From NCBI GenBank assembly GCA_030141605.1, contig JAQGDQ010000019.1, positions 434,001 through 498,000 of the forward strand: a stretch of 64,000 nucleotides of DNA. The letters run 5' to 3'. The first letter of the stretch is position 1. Each line of letters starts with the position of its first letter. The notes under the pieces were generated by a model. That model made no database searches and had not been told where the DNA came from. It saw only the letters and a program-made list of their open reading frames with translations. This DNA comes from Tubiluchus corallicola. Taxonomy: Eukaryota > Animalia > Priapulida. Below, piece after piece: positions 11,976 to 27,106 of this stretch. The position numbers were made by a program, and so were the translations under genes.

Positions 11976-14900
11976 TATCTTTAGATGCATATTCAAAAAA
12001 ATGAACATGAAAGTGGATTGGTTTGCACAACACATTCAAGTCTGCTGTTACTATGTTTTGCAATGCAATGAAAAGTACCTCATTTATCCATCCGCATTGT
12101 AGTAAGGAAAATTCAGAAAACCTTCTTTAGATCTGTCAGCATAAACATGTTGCATAACTTCATTTTCTTCTTCATCAGTGTGCACCGCAGCATGCTCTTG
12201 AAGTAAGTATGTAACGAAATTTGCACAAGTGTTGTTGGCCCTTACAAAATAATGTGCCATTATACTTTACGGGCTTGCTGTCTTGTTTGATCATCCTTAC
12301 TGGTTTCATTGGTCTGATTTTATCGTTTTTGTACATCCTTGGCACCACCTCTATGTCATATGATTGCTTCTTTTTGGTTCATTTATTTGGGTTGTCTTGC
12401 ACATGGATTTTGATTGAATTATTTGGATTTTCCATGTTTCAGTGTTGCAACATACATGTTTTACTGATTTGGACTAAACCACATGAAACAAGTTTCACAT
12501 AATCGCTTAAGGTGAATTGAACATTATTTATAATAACGTGTATGTTTATTTCTATTAACTGATGTTATTGTGTGATTGGGCAGTTTGAGATCATCTTAGC
12601 CATATCTTAGCCAGCTAAGAGTGAGTTTCATTAAACAGTTAAGAGGCAGTCGACCAAGGTGCTTCGTTGCAAAAATTGGACAGAAGCTTTGGCTATGCTT
12701 TTAGGGTGTTTATTATTAACGTAAGAAAAATTAGCAGTAGTTTACAGTTATTTTGACCTTTCTTATGACTGGTACCTGTAAGCTGGAAATCCTCCCTCTT
12801 ACCAATTAATCTTTTGTATGTGATAATTTCAAATTTTTGTGACGTAGCAAATACGTGAATATCATTACATATTATTTAACCCAGTTTTCAGATAAGAGTT
12901 ATAATTGAGTAGATCTGTTAAATACAGCTTAAATTACTCAGATAGATCTTTATTGTGCCAATGCACATTACATCAAATCACAACTGGTACCTTGACTGAT
13001 TTAGTTTCATAATTGACACTACACATATCAGATACTGTAAATATCAAATGCTATGTGACTAAAGTTCGATTGACAAAAAGAGTAAAACTTGTGTAGGTTG
13101 CAGGACACAGGCACAAGCTATAGGTACCAGTATATTAAATCTTTATGCTTTACAATGCTTTCAACTAAAATTTTCCTACCTTACTGTTTGCAGTAAGTGC
13201 AAGTAAGTGCAAGCAAACTTTTGAATTTTTTGCTGTCTTTGCACACAACTAATTCGCTATCCTAATGCTTCTAGTAGTATTTTTACTTTTATGTTTTTTA
13301 TGCTTCTATATATTCATCTTTCATTGCAACTTTAACCAGTGCTTTCACGATCAGCACCAGTCGGTTGTCTGAAAATCTGAAAATTGGGTGTAGGCTGACA
13401 CTGACCTGCTAAAACAGCTACTCTAATGCCTAAAATTGCTCTCTGAAATCGGACCAAATCTGCAGCATGACATTTAACGAAATTACCAAGCAAAGCCTTG
13501 CCAAATAATGTCCGGAAATGGTAATTACTACATCCAGTAAATTTCTGCTTTCTGTGGTACTCTAAAATTAATAAGTTTGGCAGCACAATTGTTCCATCAT
13601 ATATACTGTAGTCAGTCTAAACATACTCTGAGGGGTGCTTTCTGAGTTTCACACATGTCATCTATAAAGGAGATTGTTGGTACCTCTTGTGTACGCATAT
13701 TTCATTTCTCCATTATTAGACATTAAGCAGTTTTTCTTCCGGTTATTCTGCTGGAGTAACACAGCTAGTTGTAAGCTCACTAAAAATTTTGGGTTCAATT
13801 TCTATAGGCAATCGTAGTCGTATCAGAGACATTAAAAATGGTAGTCCATGTACTTCTATTTAAAAACTGGTACTAAGCAGTTATTACGAATCAGGATGAA
13901 GTCAGGATAATGGAGGAAAAATCACTGCTTGTACAGTATACACACACAAAAAGAAAGTGTGTAAAAACAGCTTTTCAAGAAAGTTGAGCTTAAAATTTCC
14001 TATTAACCATTTTTGTACAATGTGTTACATATTTTAAACTTTTTATAGTTGTTTTTTTTAGTTAGTGCTATTAGGCTTTTTATTTAAATAATAGCTGTTT
14101 TTGTTGAAATTACGTACTGGACCGTAATAAATCAGAAGAATTGAATACACCAAAGAATACTTTAAATGTATATTTAGTGTTTTACTATGCTTATTCAAGA
14201 AAATTCATTTAAGTTTGTTCATTACTCGCAGCGTGTTTTCAAATGACCACATTTAAATAACATTTATTTGAGAATTTAATATTATTACTATTATTTTTTA
14301 TTGAAAATTCGAAATGTAATTACATTTGTCAGTTGTATTATTTTAATTTACAATGTACTATAAATAATGAAATAAAGATCATGTTAGCGTGATTTATTTA
14401 AGGAAACTAGACGATCAATAAGTGCTAATTCTGTCCAAGAATTAGGACGTTAAGGAAAACGCCAACTGCTGTAGAATGCATTTGTCAAAATTTGATGCTG
14501 TTTTATGTGATATATTAAATTAGGATTATAAAGATATTATTTTATTTGATTGTTAAAAGTGTTACAGGCTCAGAATATGTTTCATGATCAAACTTTTAGT
14601 AATTTCGTTTACTTTCACCTTGTATTTGGTTCATGGAAATTTGATTTCAGGTAATTTAAAAAAGAATGAGAAAAATTTAAACTTGAGAAATTAGAAAATA
14701 TGTTATTTGTTTTAGTTAGGATTAGACTACACAGTTTTTCTTGGTATCTTGAGTTCACAACTCAGATGTTAAAAGTGTAACTGTTGTAACTACTGTTAGC
14801 TGTCTTTTCTGAGCAAATAACCTCAGTGCATGTATATGATTTATTATGCAGAAAGTTTACATTTTTGCATGAAGGCATCTAAATTTCCTCTTGTCGTCAA

Positions 14901-16499
14901 GTGGTACATAGTGATTGAGGTGTGGACAGTATTTAAAACTACATTTTACTGATTTTTAGGAATTTTAAGTGTTCGGCCGATATTCATTGAGAACAACAAT
15001 TATTCTAGAATGCGGTTTTGGTTGTTTGTCTGGCAGTTTCCGGCGGATTACGAGCACTAAGCGTGGCCGATGTTAGCCTGGGGTACATTCCCTTGCCGAA
15101 TCAGAGCTGGCATTTCATGCGTGGGCGTCCAACCAGACAGTCACGTCGAAGTTTCATACAGCGTGTATTCTTGTTAAAGGAAATAAATGGACCGAGAATA
15201 TAGTAGTACAAGAACAGCTTTTATGACCTTGAATCTGTGATTGAAAAAACAGTGTGTAGCTTGTTATCGTGCCATTTAAGCCTGACTGTATCTGAACTGT
15301 GTGTATCTTTGCTGTGCTAAAACAAGTAACAACAGCAGTGAGAAAAATCTGAATAGACTGATTAAGGTATTCGATTTCTTAATTCGTTTTATATTGGTAA
15401 GAGAAAGTAACTGTAGTTTACCACTGCCTCGCTTCACATTGTGTGAAATTTGGTGTGTGTAGTATATGGAATGTGGTTCAGCTTGATCGGTTAAGTGCGT
15501 CCGGTCTCATTGAGAATTTTGCGGATTGCGCTTAGAGGGTCGTTAATTTGACGTGGCGCAGCTTGTGTACTGTACAGTGTACACAGTGTAAAGCATGTTC
15601 TAACTTCAAGGCGGTACTTGTTAGTTCTGAATAGTCTAAACTAAAGTTTAATCGCTTTTCGCTGCTGTAAGATGTCTGTAACAGCTATTGCTGGTGCTTT
15701 CGAGTCGCGAAGTTCTCTGAGTTTATAAACTAAAAATCTGAATATGTAGTACGTATGAGCATAACGTACACCAATCTTCAGAAACAAAAATATCATCAAT
15801 TTGATTCTGCTGCAGTGACTGTAGGGCTTGTTTTTTCCGCTGTATTGTGGAAAAAACAGATACGGTACTTCGCGATTACTAGTACGCAAATTAGACTATA
15901 AAATACATAGATCGCAAAGCATCAATCAACCAGCGGGGGTCCCCTCGTGGCGACCAATTAGTTCCCCCTTTGTCTTGCCTCCTCTCTCGTCTGAGTTGCA
16001 CAACAAAAGCGGATCACAAACTCGTGCAGAAAGTGCATTGAAATATACGGCAAGAGTTAAGATCATGTGGGTATTATTATTACTTTTATTTTCTCCAGCC
16101 ATACAAGAGTTCTGCAACTAAAATTTGTCTAGCAGTAGTAGAGAGAAATTATAGTGGTGAAACATTATGCTTGGATAATAGTTATGTAGACGTATAGTGC
16201 CTGGAAAGATTCGAAACAGTCAGATTTTTCAGTTTCTCCAAGCCAAACGACTCAAACAAATCTACCGCCGAAAAAATCTCTCCCAGGCAGGTAGATAACA
16301 TGAGCTGAGCTGTCAAATTAGTAAGTTGAACATCCACTATTTGGCAGACTTCTGATTTGTTATTCATAGTTTATCTGGGGTAATTAACTTATGTTGTTTA
16401 AAGCCTAATATTGCTTGTATAAGTCTTTATAACTGACCACTCGTAATGCGTAATATGATCTTAAACGTAGGATCATTTTGTAGATTTTATAAAAGATAC

Positions 16500-16800
16500 T
16501 TTCCTTGTATCATATTTTTTCTGTACTATATTTTCCTAGTACCAGTTAAACTTTTTTTAGCACCAAACTTGTTCCGTACCATTTTTACCTTGTACCAAAA
16601 ATGCTTGCCAACCTTTGCCATTACTGTATTAAACCCTCCCAGTACCACATTTTCCCTGTACCCAATTTTCCTAGTGGTAAAATTTCGCTGTACTAAAAAT
16701 TCCTAGCAGTAAATTTTCCCGGTACCAAAATTTCCTCGTACCAAAATTACTAGGACCAAATTTACCTGTACGCCCCAAACCTTCTAGTGCCAAATTTTTC
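16500..16800. repeat. Degenerate minisatellite, ~17-bp unit (ACCAAATTTTCCCTGT-like)
   Basis: Recurrent (GT)ACCA(A)ATTTT(CC) words throughout. Confidence 0.75.
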
Positions 16801-19800
16801 CATGTTTTCATTTATTTACATACTGTAAGCCCTTACAGCCACGGAGTTTGTGAGAATGTATGTTACGTCATCTAGTTGGGCGAGGCTAAACGCGACTTGC
16901 GACCTATCTACTGGTTGTACTGTATAAATAAGTGAAAAAGCGTCAGCATGACGGTTCCTAAGTCTTGTAAAATTAATGTCCAATTAATCAATAAATAAGC
17001 GTCATCTGGTAGCTATCTTTTATAAATAGCAGATTAAGAAAGAGGTAGGAAATAGTAAGTAACTGTGTGGGGCAGTTTACTATGTTTGATTCATAGTTAG
17101 GATAAGCAAACCTCAGTGATTTCGGAAATGAAGTGTAATGCATTTGTTTTTACTTCTTAAATGTATATGTGCTTTACTTATTCATTTAGTTTTTCTTCTG
17201 CCAGATTCATTATAATTGTGTCAGGTTGGTCTAACAAAACTTGCTGATTAGAATTAGCGAAACGGAATTGGAGAATTGTGATGAAAATGTTTTCAGTAAA
17301 ATTTTTACGCAATTGTCGAAACTTTGTCTTTAATTCTGGTAAATTTCTGCTGTAAAAATGTAAGATAGCATGTGTACAATAATTTTCCAAGCCCCCTAGA
17401 GTAGGATAGTTTATCTTGCACGCAGTCTGCGATGGCCTATTTTTGTCTGCCAGAACAAACACTGCCACTCCAAACACCGGAAGTTGAAAATAGATAAGAC
17501 TGAGTAAAATAAACACAATGCTCATCTCTTAACCACAAACTGACTAGCAGCTGCCGTACAGCTACGTTTATACCATGCGCAGAAATCGTGCGATTGGAAA
17601 ATTGTACTAAGTATTTTCGTAATTATGATTACGGTACTACAAATTTTTCAAGTGAAGAAACAACATTTGTCGATGTCTTTCTAGATAGTCAATTCAAAAC
17701 GCGTGGATAGCAGGGTCTATAATAACTAGTATGTGTGCAAAAATTATACACGTTGCTTACAAAAAAGCATAATATAGCCACCAACACCTTTTAGGTTCCC
17801 ACAAATGAATAAAAACGCGTAAAATGCTGATGGGTATGATATTGTGCCAATTTCACAGCATGAAAAGCTCGAAAAAGGTGTTTCGTAAGAAAATTTTAGG
17901 ACCATAAAACTCAAGTTTTCGCATTTCTAAATAAATATAATTTGTGGTTCGCTTAGCCATATCAAAGAACAATATTTTGAAGAACATGCCGTTATGGTAT
18001 TTCATGTAGTCGTTACTAGTAGTCGACACCATATTGTAGAATGCTTGCAAAAAGCAAAACACAACTTTGTACGCTGTCCACGTTTACACATGGCCTGAAT
18101 GTGATAATAATTGTTTTATTTGAATCTCCGGCTTTTTTATTACCGGCGCGAAACATTTCCATGCTATATCCCTTGAACATGCTGTAAACTAGTAACACTT
18201 GTTACACCTTTGGGTGAGCCAGTCAGCTATCTTATTGTGCTAGCTTCCGGTCATCGAATGCAGCTCTATTACATATGTACGCAAGGCCTTTCACTTCTAT
18301 TGTCAATATTTTTACAACGTGGGTGGATGATGTAGAGCTCTTTCAAAATAGCTTTAAACAAGTCCATTCATGGTAACACTACAAAAATGTCTTTGATAAA
18401 AATATATTTACATTTGCTTATAAGAATCGGATAGGATTTCAAAGAAGAGAGATGGAAGATTTAGGCTTTGTCAGGGTAAGTAGCCTTGTTTTTGTTCATT
18501 AAATGAATGTAATTAAGAGTATTTTGTCTAGGGCGAACCAGACAGTCATCTCCGTCTTATTTTGTGTAGACTCATTCAATTTTCAGTCATTCTTGCTCCG
18601 TGCTGCAAGAGAACATTGCCAACTTGAAAAATATTTATGCATGTATTTATTTACTCATTATTTATTCATTCATTCATTGAATATAATTACATAGCTAAGT
18701 TGTACACGCTTTGATGTTGACTTAGAGTAGTAATAAAAAATCTTTCTAATTGGGCAGTTTTTTGACGAGTATTATAACCATGACTGAAAAATAACAACAT
18801 ACCAGTAACGCAATGTACGTCCAGAAGTCACAGACATTGTCCTTTGGTTGCTCAAAACCAAAGCCGGTCGGTTTTTACTTTTCCAAAAAATGTTATAACC
18901 GAAACAATGAGTCGAGTTGTAGAGAACTTTATACCACATTATCTCTATTTTTCTGTGTTAAAATTGTGTTTACTGCTCGCAGTGGAGATACGGGGTTTTA
19001 TGTTGCGGAAATTGCGCGGTATGTCAGTCATACCTCGCGGGATCAACTTGGACTTGAGCCAAAAAAGCATTGAGAACTGTCCTCACGGTAACCTCATGTT
19101 CTGACTGGCTGATAAAGTCTCTTGAGAGACACACCTTTCTCTGTTGATGTAGTGCGCTTATGAATTGTCAGTAGCTTAATATCTAATATTCTGTCGAACA
19201 AAATGAGCTTTGAAGCTTCGAGACTAGTGGGATCAGATGTAACTGAGCGTGCTTAGACAGAACTAGTGTTCATTCATTCATTCGCTGAAAGCAATCTAAT
19301 GCATGTGTGTTCTGCTGAATGTATCGTTACATGCTGTGTTGACTCTCTACACTGGAGGTGCCAAAGTCTACAGTGTACCTACCTTGTAACTTTCACGGCA
19401 GAATTATGAATGAAAAGATTGACCAGGTACGTTGCGTGTGCAATAGTTGAACATTTTTGTGATGGTTAGAGTTCGTGGAAATCCTGTGGCTCACACAAAC
19501 GGTTTTATAATTTTGTAAGTTAACGGCCGTTTCATACTGTCGGAACCTTATGATAGATGAAGCATTAAACTATAAAATTACAGGCGGAAAGTTTTAATAT
19601 TACTATGCACAACTTTATTTTCTACGCTGCTCTTCCATTCTATTCTGGTTTGTTCTAGTCTGTTTGTTTTCTAATTTCGCTAGCTGTTAACTCTCGTGCA
19701 CATATGTAACTTTATAATAACTTTTTTTCGTAAGGGCATTTTCGCGTACAGGGCCGTTCACGTGATTCATATAATAAGTGTCTCATATGCTGCAATAGTG

Positions 19801-22800
19801 TCCCGAAAATTATGTTCACACATAACTGAAGGCAAGCTTATAACCTTGCTTGTTGTAATATGCCTTGCGTGAGTACAACGTGGATAGTCTTTTTAGGGTG
19901 ATTTTATTCGCCATTCTGGTCCTAGATGTTTTCCTCGTAGAGATGGATGTGTGCATTTCGGAACGTGGCCGAGACCTCTTCCAGTTCACTGTCTAATTAT
20001 TATAGGGTTTGCACTTGATTTCCTAGACTTCGATCACGCCATGAACACCGGGTTGAGTCGTTGAATTCTGGTTTCGTACCAGCAGTGTGCTGAAGTGTAG
20101 GTTAATTAGGACATGTACACTGATTATAAATCTTGTTACGAATGAAGCTTGAACTGTTTTTTTTATTTTGTTGGCTTCGCGATTAGTTCGGCAACGAAAC
20201 CTCTCTAAAGTTGTTGTCCACTCTCCATTAATTTTTCTAACTAGACTCGACTTTGCTTAACTGCAATTGCTAAGCACCCATCTTGACTATTTGCTTATTA
20301 CCCTCATCCAGTGTCAGATGTAAATGGCCAACACTTAACTATTTTTATGAATTGTTCGTGTGTGCTAAGAGCTATTTTTATGTATTGTTCATGTATAGTA
20401 ATGAGTGCACTGCATTGTGTCAGATTGCCGTATGTATGTGAATTGCAGCTATCACATAACTTCATTTTGTGGACGAATACCTTGTAGTAAGTGCTGTGAG
20501 TTTATCCAGAATGAGATAGAACTGATAATTTCGGCAATGTTTTTAATGTTAGGTTTTTGGTGTTTATCGTATAAGTTCATGTTAGTGGTTAACAGACAGT
20601 TAACAAGTTGACTATGATAAATAGTGTAGTGGTAAATGGTGTTTATCATTGTCTCTGTCACTATCATAGTCAACTAAGTGATATAGTATTTCATTCACAG
20701 CTCTGGTATCACTATCGTAGTCAATGAAAAGTTGACTATGATAATTATCGTAAATGGTGATGCAGTTGATTTTCAATGTGTACATTTTCGATGTCTCAGT
20801 CAGTTTGCTCGAGTGTGATTAATGCGGACAATGTACATATTTGTAAAGATCAGTGAAATTGATTTGAATTCGTGTGCTAGTAACGATATTGAAACTATTG
20901 CAAAAAGGGATTGGAAAAATGCTAGAAAACTCAAGATAGGTTTTTTATTGTGCTGTGTTAAACACTGTCACTGGAACATTACGTAGAAACGTGCAGATAG
21001 CTTCAAGGCTCATTTTATTGCATTTATATGTTTTATATGTATGTTTACTCCAAGTCGTCGTTAACTCGTCAACTTGTGACTTTATGAATGCGCAGACTGC
21101 TTAGTGAGTTATGATAATTAAACGATTTACTCGCTGTCGAAATTGTCGACTGCTCTCTTGGTAATTGCTACAAAGTGCTAAAAAAGGAAGTGCTTTTATT
21201 TTTATTACCGACTTTTTTAGAAAATCAAATTAGGTTTTTTAAATTGACCTGCAGCTGTACTTGATAGATTATCCACTAAGAGTCAGAAATCAACTCTGGT
21301 TACCATGCTGCTATAAGAGTGATGTAAGGTTCTTTGATTAAAATATGCCGTGCACACGTTTTTAAGACGCTTGACCATGTGTCGACTGTGCCTCTTATTT
21401 TAATAAGTTTACGCAGGTTACTAGTAGTAGAACTAAAAGTTAAATGATTTCGTACACGTCGTGTCCTTTCTCACATTTTAGGTTTTTTAGCATTTTCAAT
21501 TGAATACGTTTTTTTTACTTTTCGTGTGAGTGGTTGACTGGTTGACAACAGCATATTGATAAGAAGATGAAAGGGGAGAAATTCTAGAATGCTGCACATT
21601 TCCCAACTGACCTCATCCGAATTGCTCATCAATGAAACCAGAACGTACAGCAAGTGTGCAAGTGAGCGCTGGCTTCCTGCATCGATTCTCAATGCTTGTG
21701 TATTGATTGTAACCGCCGCAAGACGCCCACGCCCCTCAACGTACGCTCTAACCTTTGCACACAAAAAATCGTTAGCAAACAATTTTTTTCCCAACTGGTT
21801 TTCAAATCGACATTTGTTCTGGCCGTGAACCATAGAGCTCTTTGTATGTGGAATTTGGCAAGCGGTAAGTGTCGAGTTATGGCATTTTCCCCACAACTGA
21901 AATGGAATAGACTAAGAGTCATAGACTATCATCATCCGGTCTATGGAATATACCTACATTGTGCTGGGTCTATGAATAAATTTCATAGCATAGCGCACTC
22001 AAAAACTCCATGTATACTACTAGATATGTAGTCTATCATATTAAGGCTACGATACTCGGCAAAACTAATGAAGGAATGATAAAAAGATTCGGTTGAGCAA
22101 TTACTAGGATTTCAATCAGAGATAAGCGGTGCGGGGCAGTGGCTACCGTGCTCGTTGAACTGGGCTTCTGCGGAACTTAAGTGGTAATATTTGCACAGTT
22201 AACCTCAGTTTTACACGTATTCTAGTTTATTCATTTCGAAGTTGAATATTTTGTTCATTAGGTTACGCGCAAAATCCAAGCTGACATGGGTTTATCTGTA
22301 TGTTATAATATTTTTACATAGGTGCTTTCATAATCATAAACTTATTTGTTCTCTGTAGTTTTCTCTCTATCTCTCTCTCTCTCTTTCACCCTCTCTCGCC
22401 CTCTTTCTCTGCCCCCTCCAACTTCCCCTCCCTCCCCCTCCTTACCTTGTCCTCTTCTCCCTCCCTCTCCCTTTCTTCCTCTCTTCCTTTCACTCTCTTT
22501 CTCTCTCAAAAAAACTGAAAAGCATTCATTATTTGAATTTGATGACTTGTACTATGATGTCCTCAAAACTGCAACTGGTTCATCCTTTAAACCTTGCAGG
22601 GTATTGTTAGAAATTTTATGTGGTTTGCCTCTTCTAGAAATCGAAATGAAAGCTAATAATTCCTAAGTAAAATATTGCGGTGTGGCGATGATGATTTAGT
22701 TAAGAAAGAAATTTTGCATAATCGCACAACTCAAACCCTTTAATTTATCAATTTCACCTACAGATAGAGAGTTGGAATCCTTTGCTCTCATTTTTATTCA

Positions 22801-23227
22801 TGGACAAGGACTTTTTAAACATTTTTTATTCCGATTAGAACTCGCACCTAACAATTCTTGTTTATGTGGTTTATCTACTTTTCGACTGCCCTTTCGTAAA
22901 CTTACAAAAGCGTATGTTTTTTAAGAATAACAATAACATCACTAACATTGCTTAGTTAATTCAAAAACAAAATGACAGCAACACAATGAGATCATTTGTT
23001 GAAAAATTAAGGATGGCTTCATCAAACAGCAAATATCAGGAATATCATGATACGTGTTATTAAATTAGCGGTTATACTTTTGCAATCTTTGTAATTTTAA
23101 TTTGCAATTTATACTATGTTTAGAGCCATTTTATTTTATTATTTTATTAGAAAATTTGTAAAATGTATTCTGACTTATGCTAATGTTGTACTTGCAAATG
23201 GGGGTTTTTATTAATAAAGATTTTAAA

Positions 23228-23296
<69 letters not shown>
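23228..23296. repeat. (CT)n microsatellite
   Basis: Directly visible. Related pyrimidine- and purine-rich tracts lie at 22360-22507 and 23815-24040. Confidence 0.95.
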
Positions 23297-23298
<2 letters not shown>

Positions 23299-26047
23299 AG
23301 CAAAAAAGTGGAAAAAGCAGAATACCTTTGAGCTGTTTATGAAACTGTGGTTTTATTTTGAATATTAGCTTGTTCTTAGTTACTGAATTAACATTGCATT
23401 TTTTTTATCCTGAATACTGAAATTCTGGAATTGGTTAATTTTTTGGTGCAAGAAATAATAAACCCAAAAGAGCAAATAGCAAACTATTTTATTACTAAGC
23501 TAGACTTCTTTTCTCCTAACTGAGATGCAATTTTATACATTACACCTGTTTTCAAAATTGTACATAAAAATTTAGTTTAATTTACTAACATTAACTTTAT
23601 TTCCAACCATCTTCTAGTATCTATCGTTTTGAACGCAAAAAGTGAATACAGGCGTAAGCTAAGGTTCGCAGTCTTTCTTTATACTAGTGGCACATGGCAA
23701 CAACTAATATCCGATTGACACCATCCGATAAAATCAAATTTCGGATGAAGTTGGACAAAGTCGGATGAATCGTTTACACGACCAAAATCGGATGAACTGT
23801 ATGAAGGCCGGCTGGGGAGAGATGCGAAGGGGGAAAGACAGGAAAGAGGGTGAGGAACAGAGAATGAGTGAAAGGAAGGTGTGAGAGGAGAGGGGCGGGC
23901 ATTTAACAAATAATGAAGTGGAAAAGGGGACAGAGAGGAAAGAGAGAGAAAGAGTGTGAGAGGGGAGAGATGTAAACGGAGAGAGAAAGAGGGAGAGACA
24001 GACTGGAAAGAGGGGAAGGACAGAGGTGTGAGGGGCGAACATTTAACAAGTAATAACCTAAAGATTTAATACCCAAGAGTCAATGTTTGCAAAGATAAAT
24101 ACTTGTAAACTGGCTATCAAATGAATAAATTCAATGAAAAGGTATGCGATTTCACTTTTACTGTAAGAGCATTAATTTAAACCTTACTTTACAAAATGCT
24201 TCTATTCCCCTTTAGAACGCAACAGAACTGGCTGAATACTATCAAGTGAATGACACATTACAAAAATTTTTGGTACCTTACTCTTCTGCGATTTAAATCA
24301 ATTTAAAATTAATTATTTAACCATCTCTAACTAATTAATAGTTAACGAGTTGCTGCAAATATTTTTTTGTTTTAAACCAAGAGGTTCCTAGCTAATCTTT
24401 TTCTCAAATTTCAACATGATGGTAGCATGTGATTTTTTATCAAATTAAAATGAATTAATTAGACAGCTATAATTAATTAATTAAATAACAAGTTGCTTCA
24501 CATTTATTATCTTGATCTAAGGACATTCTATCAAATCATAACACCAAATTTCAACTCAATTGGGTAAATACTTTTAGAGTTATTTCGATTCACTCGGAGT
24601 TGAAAAGTTGTGTAAAAAAGTGTAATGGACAGAGTGAATGAATGAATCTGTGACTGAATAACTAACTAGATTTTTTTCTAATGCGCTAGCTAACGCTTGG
24701 GAATTAACTCAACAATTAGATTATTGTATCATTTGGAAATCTTTGCAAACCAAATATAATAAACGCAACATTCAAGCAGTACTAATTTATAAGACGTTAA
24801 AATTCCTGTGCAAATTGAAGCTATTGGGTGGACTTTCCCGACCTTGTCGACAAAGTTTGATACAAGTCTGATCGTATAAACGTAATATCCAACGTTCCTC
24901 CATCCCCGACCGGACCGTATCCAGTAACATGCATTGAAAATGGAATCGCCTAACGCCGATTTCCAAGGGCTTAAGGTCACCCATCCTATTCTGTCCACCA
25001 CACACTAACAAACCACACCTGGAGTCATCATGAGAAACCTGTCCAGTAGTCGAATTTCGATCGCTTTCCTCACTTTTCAAGAACTGAAACGTGCACGCTG
25101 TACACATCAATTTTTGTATGAATCAACTTCTGAAGGTCCTGCAAACATTAGGTGATAGAGTGACTGCTTTTTATTGTTCTGATATGATTTTGTACGATGC
25201 ACATAGTTGAATGGGCTGAGCAGGTTGAGCTTCTGTGCCACAGAAATTCAAGCAGGTTTAATAAAAAAATCTGTGTGCGGCAAAGTTGGAAAAGCAGCGT
25301 TTATAGGGCGCGATACGAAAAAAATCTGTTTCGTGAATATGAGTTATTGCATACAGATTTTTCCTTGTGCGCGATGGGTATTAAATGTACTTGCTTAGGA
25401 GAGCTTCTTTGAGACTATCCAAAAATGGAGTACTACTACTGAGGCCTTAAAGATAAAATGTATGCATTCTGTAATTTGACTGCCAATAGGTAGACTTTTA
25501 TACAGGTGAATATACCTGACATGAGTACAGCTTACATTTAGATGTATCACACCGTTTTACTTAATGTGTCTAGGTTTGTGTAATCATGATAATTGTGCAT
25601 GGACGTGGATGTGTGGTCTTGTTTTCTTGTGTAGATGTGAACAACGTTTGTAGTTTTAGGTTACAGTGAGCCTTACACATATTCTTCGGCATGTAATTCT
25701 GAGTTTGCTTCAACGTATATGCTGCATCCGGATTGTGCTTATATTATGCTTAAATGTTGCACTCCATGAAACATTCAGTATTACTAAATGAGGTAGCTTT
25801 AGTTTTAATTTGTCACTTGTTTTGAAAAGGTGTGTCATTTCACAGCTTCTGTATAACATTTTAGTATGTTTCATTGTTGGATGTTTATTGCTTGAAGTAC
25901 TGCATGTGGATTTTTATTTCAGGTTACATGTCGTCTTGTGCTTGACATTGAGAAGCTGGTGGCGCGTGGATAGAAGTCACAGAAGAAAGGATCATTTTAT
26001 GATGCACACACTTATAAACACAGTAATGTGAAGTTGACAAATAAGGA

Positions 26048-26055
26048 ATGAACAA
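26048..26055 (+). CDS. SPRED: SPRED first coding micro-segment (ATG AAC AA), at the end of an exon that probably starts at 25923
   Basis: ATGAACAA|GTAAGT is a phase-2 donor that joins the next exon to read [15 protein letters not shown]. An upstream acceptor TTTTATTTCAG ends at 25922. Confidence 0.65.
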
Positions 26056-26295
26056 GTAAGTGTAAAATCACTGGCTTGTAATTCTCGTTATTTTCTTATA
26101 TGTGTTTGTGACATTTAGAAATGGGTTGTTTGTTAAGCAGGAAACTTAATGGAATGTCATCGAATGAATTGGTTCGCAGCTTTTTGGTTCATTTTGAATT
26201 TGCGGTTGACCGCTGCTATTTAGAATAACTTGATTTTCAGTCAAACATCTCTGTTACTACAATATTAATCATAGCCTATTCTTCTTATTCTACAG

Positions 26296-26482
26296 TGATA
26301 ATTTCGTCGTTCGTGTGAAGGCGCAGGTGATGACAAGAGATGATTCGACGGGAGGATGGGTTCCTATGGGAGGTGGTGGACTCAGCATTGTTGGCCTCCG
26401 CAAGATGACCACTGCGGTCAACGGCAACAAAGAAACACGGATCCAGTATCATATCTTTGGAAAAAAAATAGTAGACGAATCG
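26296..26482 (+). CDS. SPRED: SPRED exon, EVH1 domain N-terminal half
   Basis: TCTACAG acceptor; encodes [26 protein letters not shown]; ends TCG|GTAAGT. Confidence 0.95.
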
Positions 26483-27106
26483 GTAAGTATTAGTCTAGAG
26501 ATTCTGGTTTTTGTTGTTGTAGTTTTATGTAATTAATAACAGTGATTATATATTTGTCAAATGATACATGTTCGTATTAGTAGTAAAAATACAAAATTAT
26601 ACAAATTTCAATTAAAATTTTCTGTAATTTTTTTGCGTGTTCATTTCCCAAAAATGTCAGACTTCATTTAAAACTGAGATTACTCAATACCTATTGGAAG
26701 TAAAATTTCCCTTTCTGCTGTGATTGCATTATCTATGTTTGTTGAAAATAGGGTATAGAGGTTGTTTCAATGGATGCATTTATTCCAAATATGGCCTCTT
26801 CAAGTCAGATGCCATTACTAGTAAATTTGGTAAAATAGGTATGTTCTGTAAGTGGCCTCAGAATACCAAAAGGCCATTTTATTAGCCAAAAAGTTGTGAG
26901 CTAAGTTGAAATCGTTGTTAGTAACCAGTTACTTTTGGTGGTGTGGTAAAAGGACTTGTTTACTTAAATCATTTTTATATCTTCATCATGTGGAATTGTG
27001 TATGGTTGTATTACTTTGAGTATTATATTATCAAATAACATTGTGACACAAAATAATTGATAATTAGCTGATGGTAATAATTTCACTTGAATGCTCTGTT
27101 ATGCAG

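Noticed and set aside
21471-22031. Four overlapping ORFs up to 141 aa
   Set aside because: No homology I recognise, mostly non-ATG starts and no coherent splice signals.
22346-24042. Ser/Leu/Pro-rich ORFs
   Set aside because: Translations of CT and GA microsatellite tracts.
24729-25110. Two minus-strand ORFs (90 and 107 aa) in a GC-richer patch
   Set aside because: No recognisable family and non-ATG starts; more likely regulatory or repeat DNA in the SPRED upstream intron.
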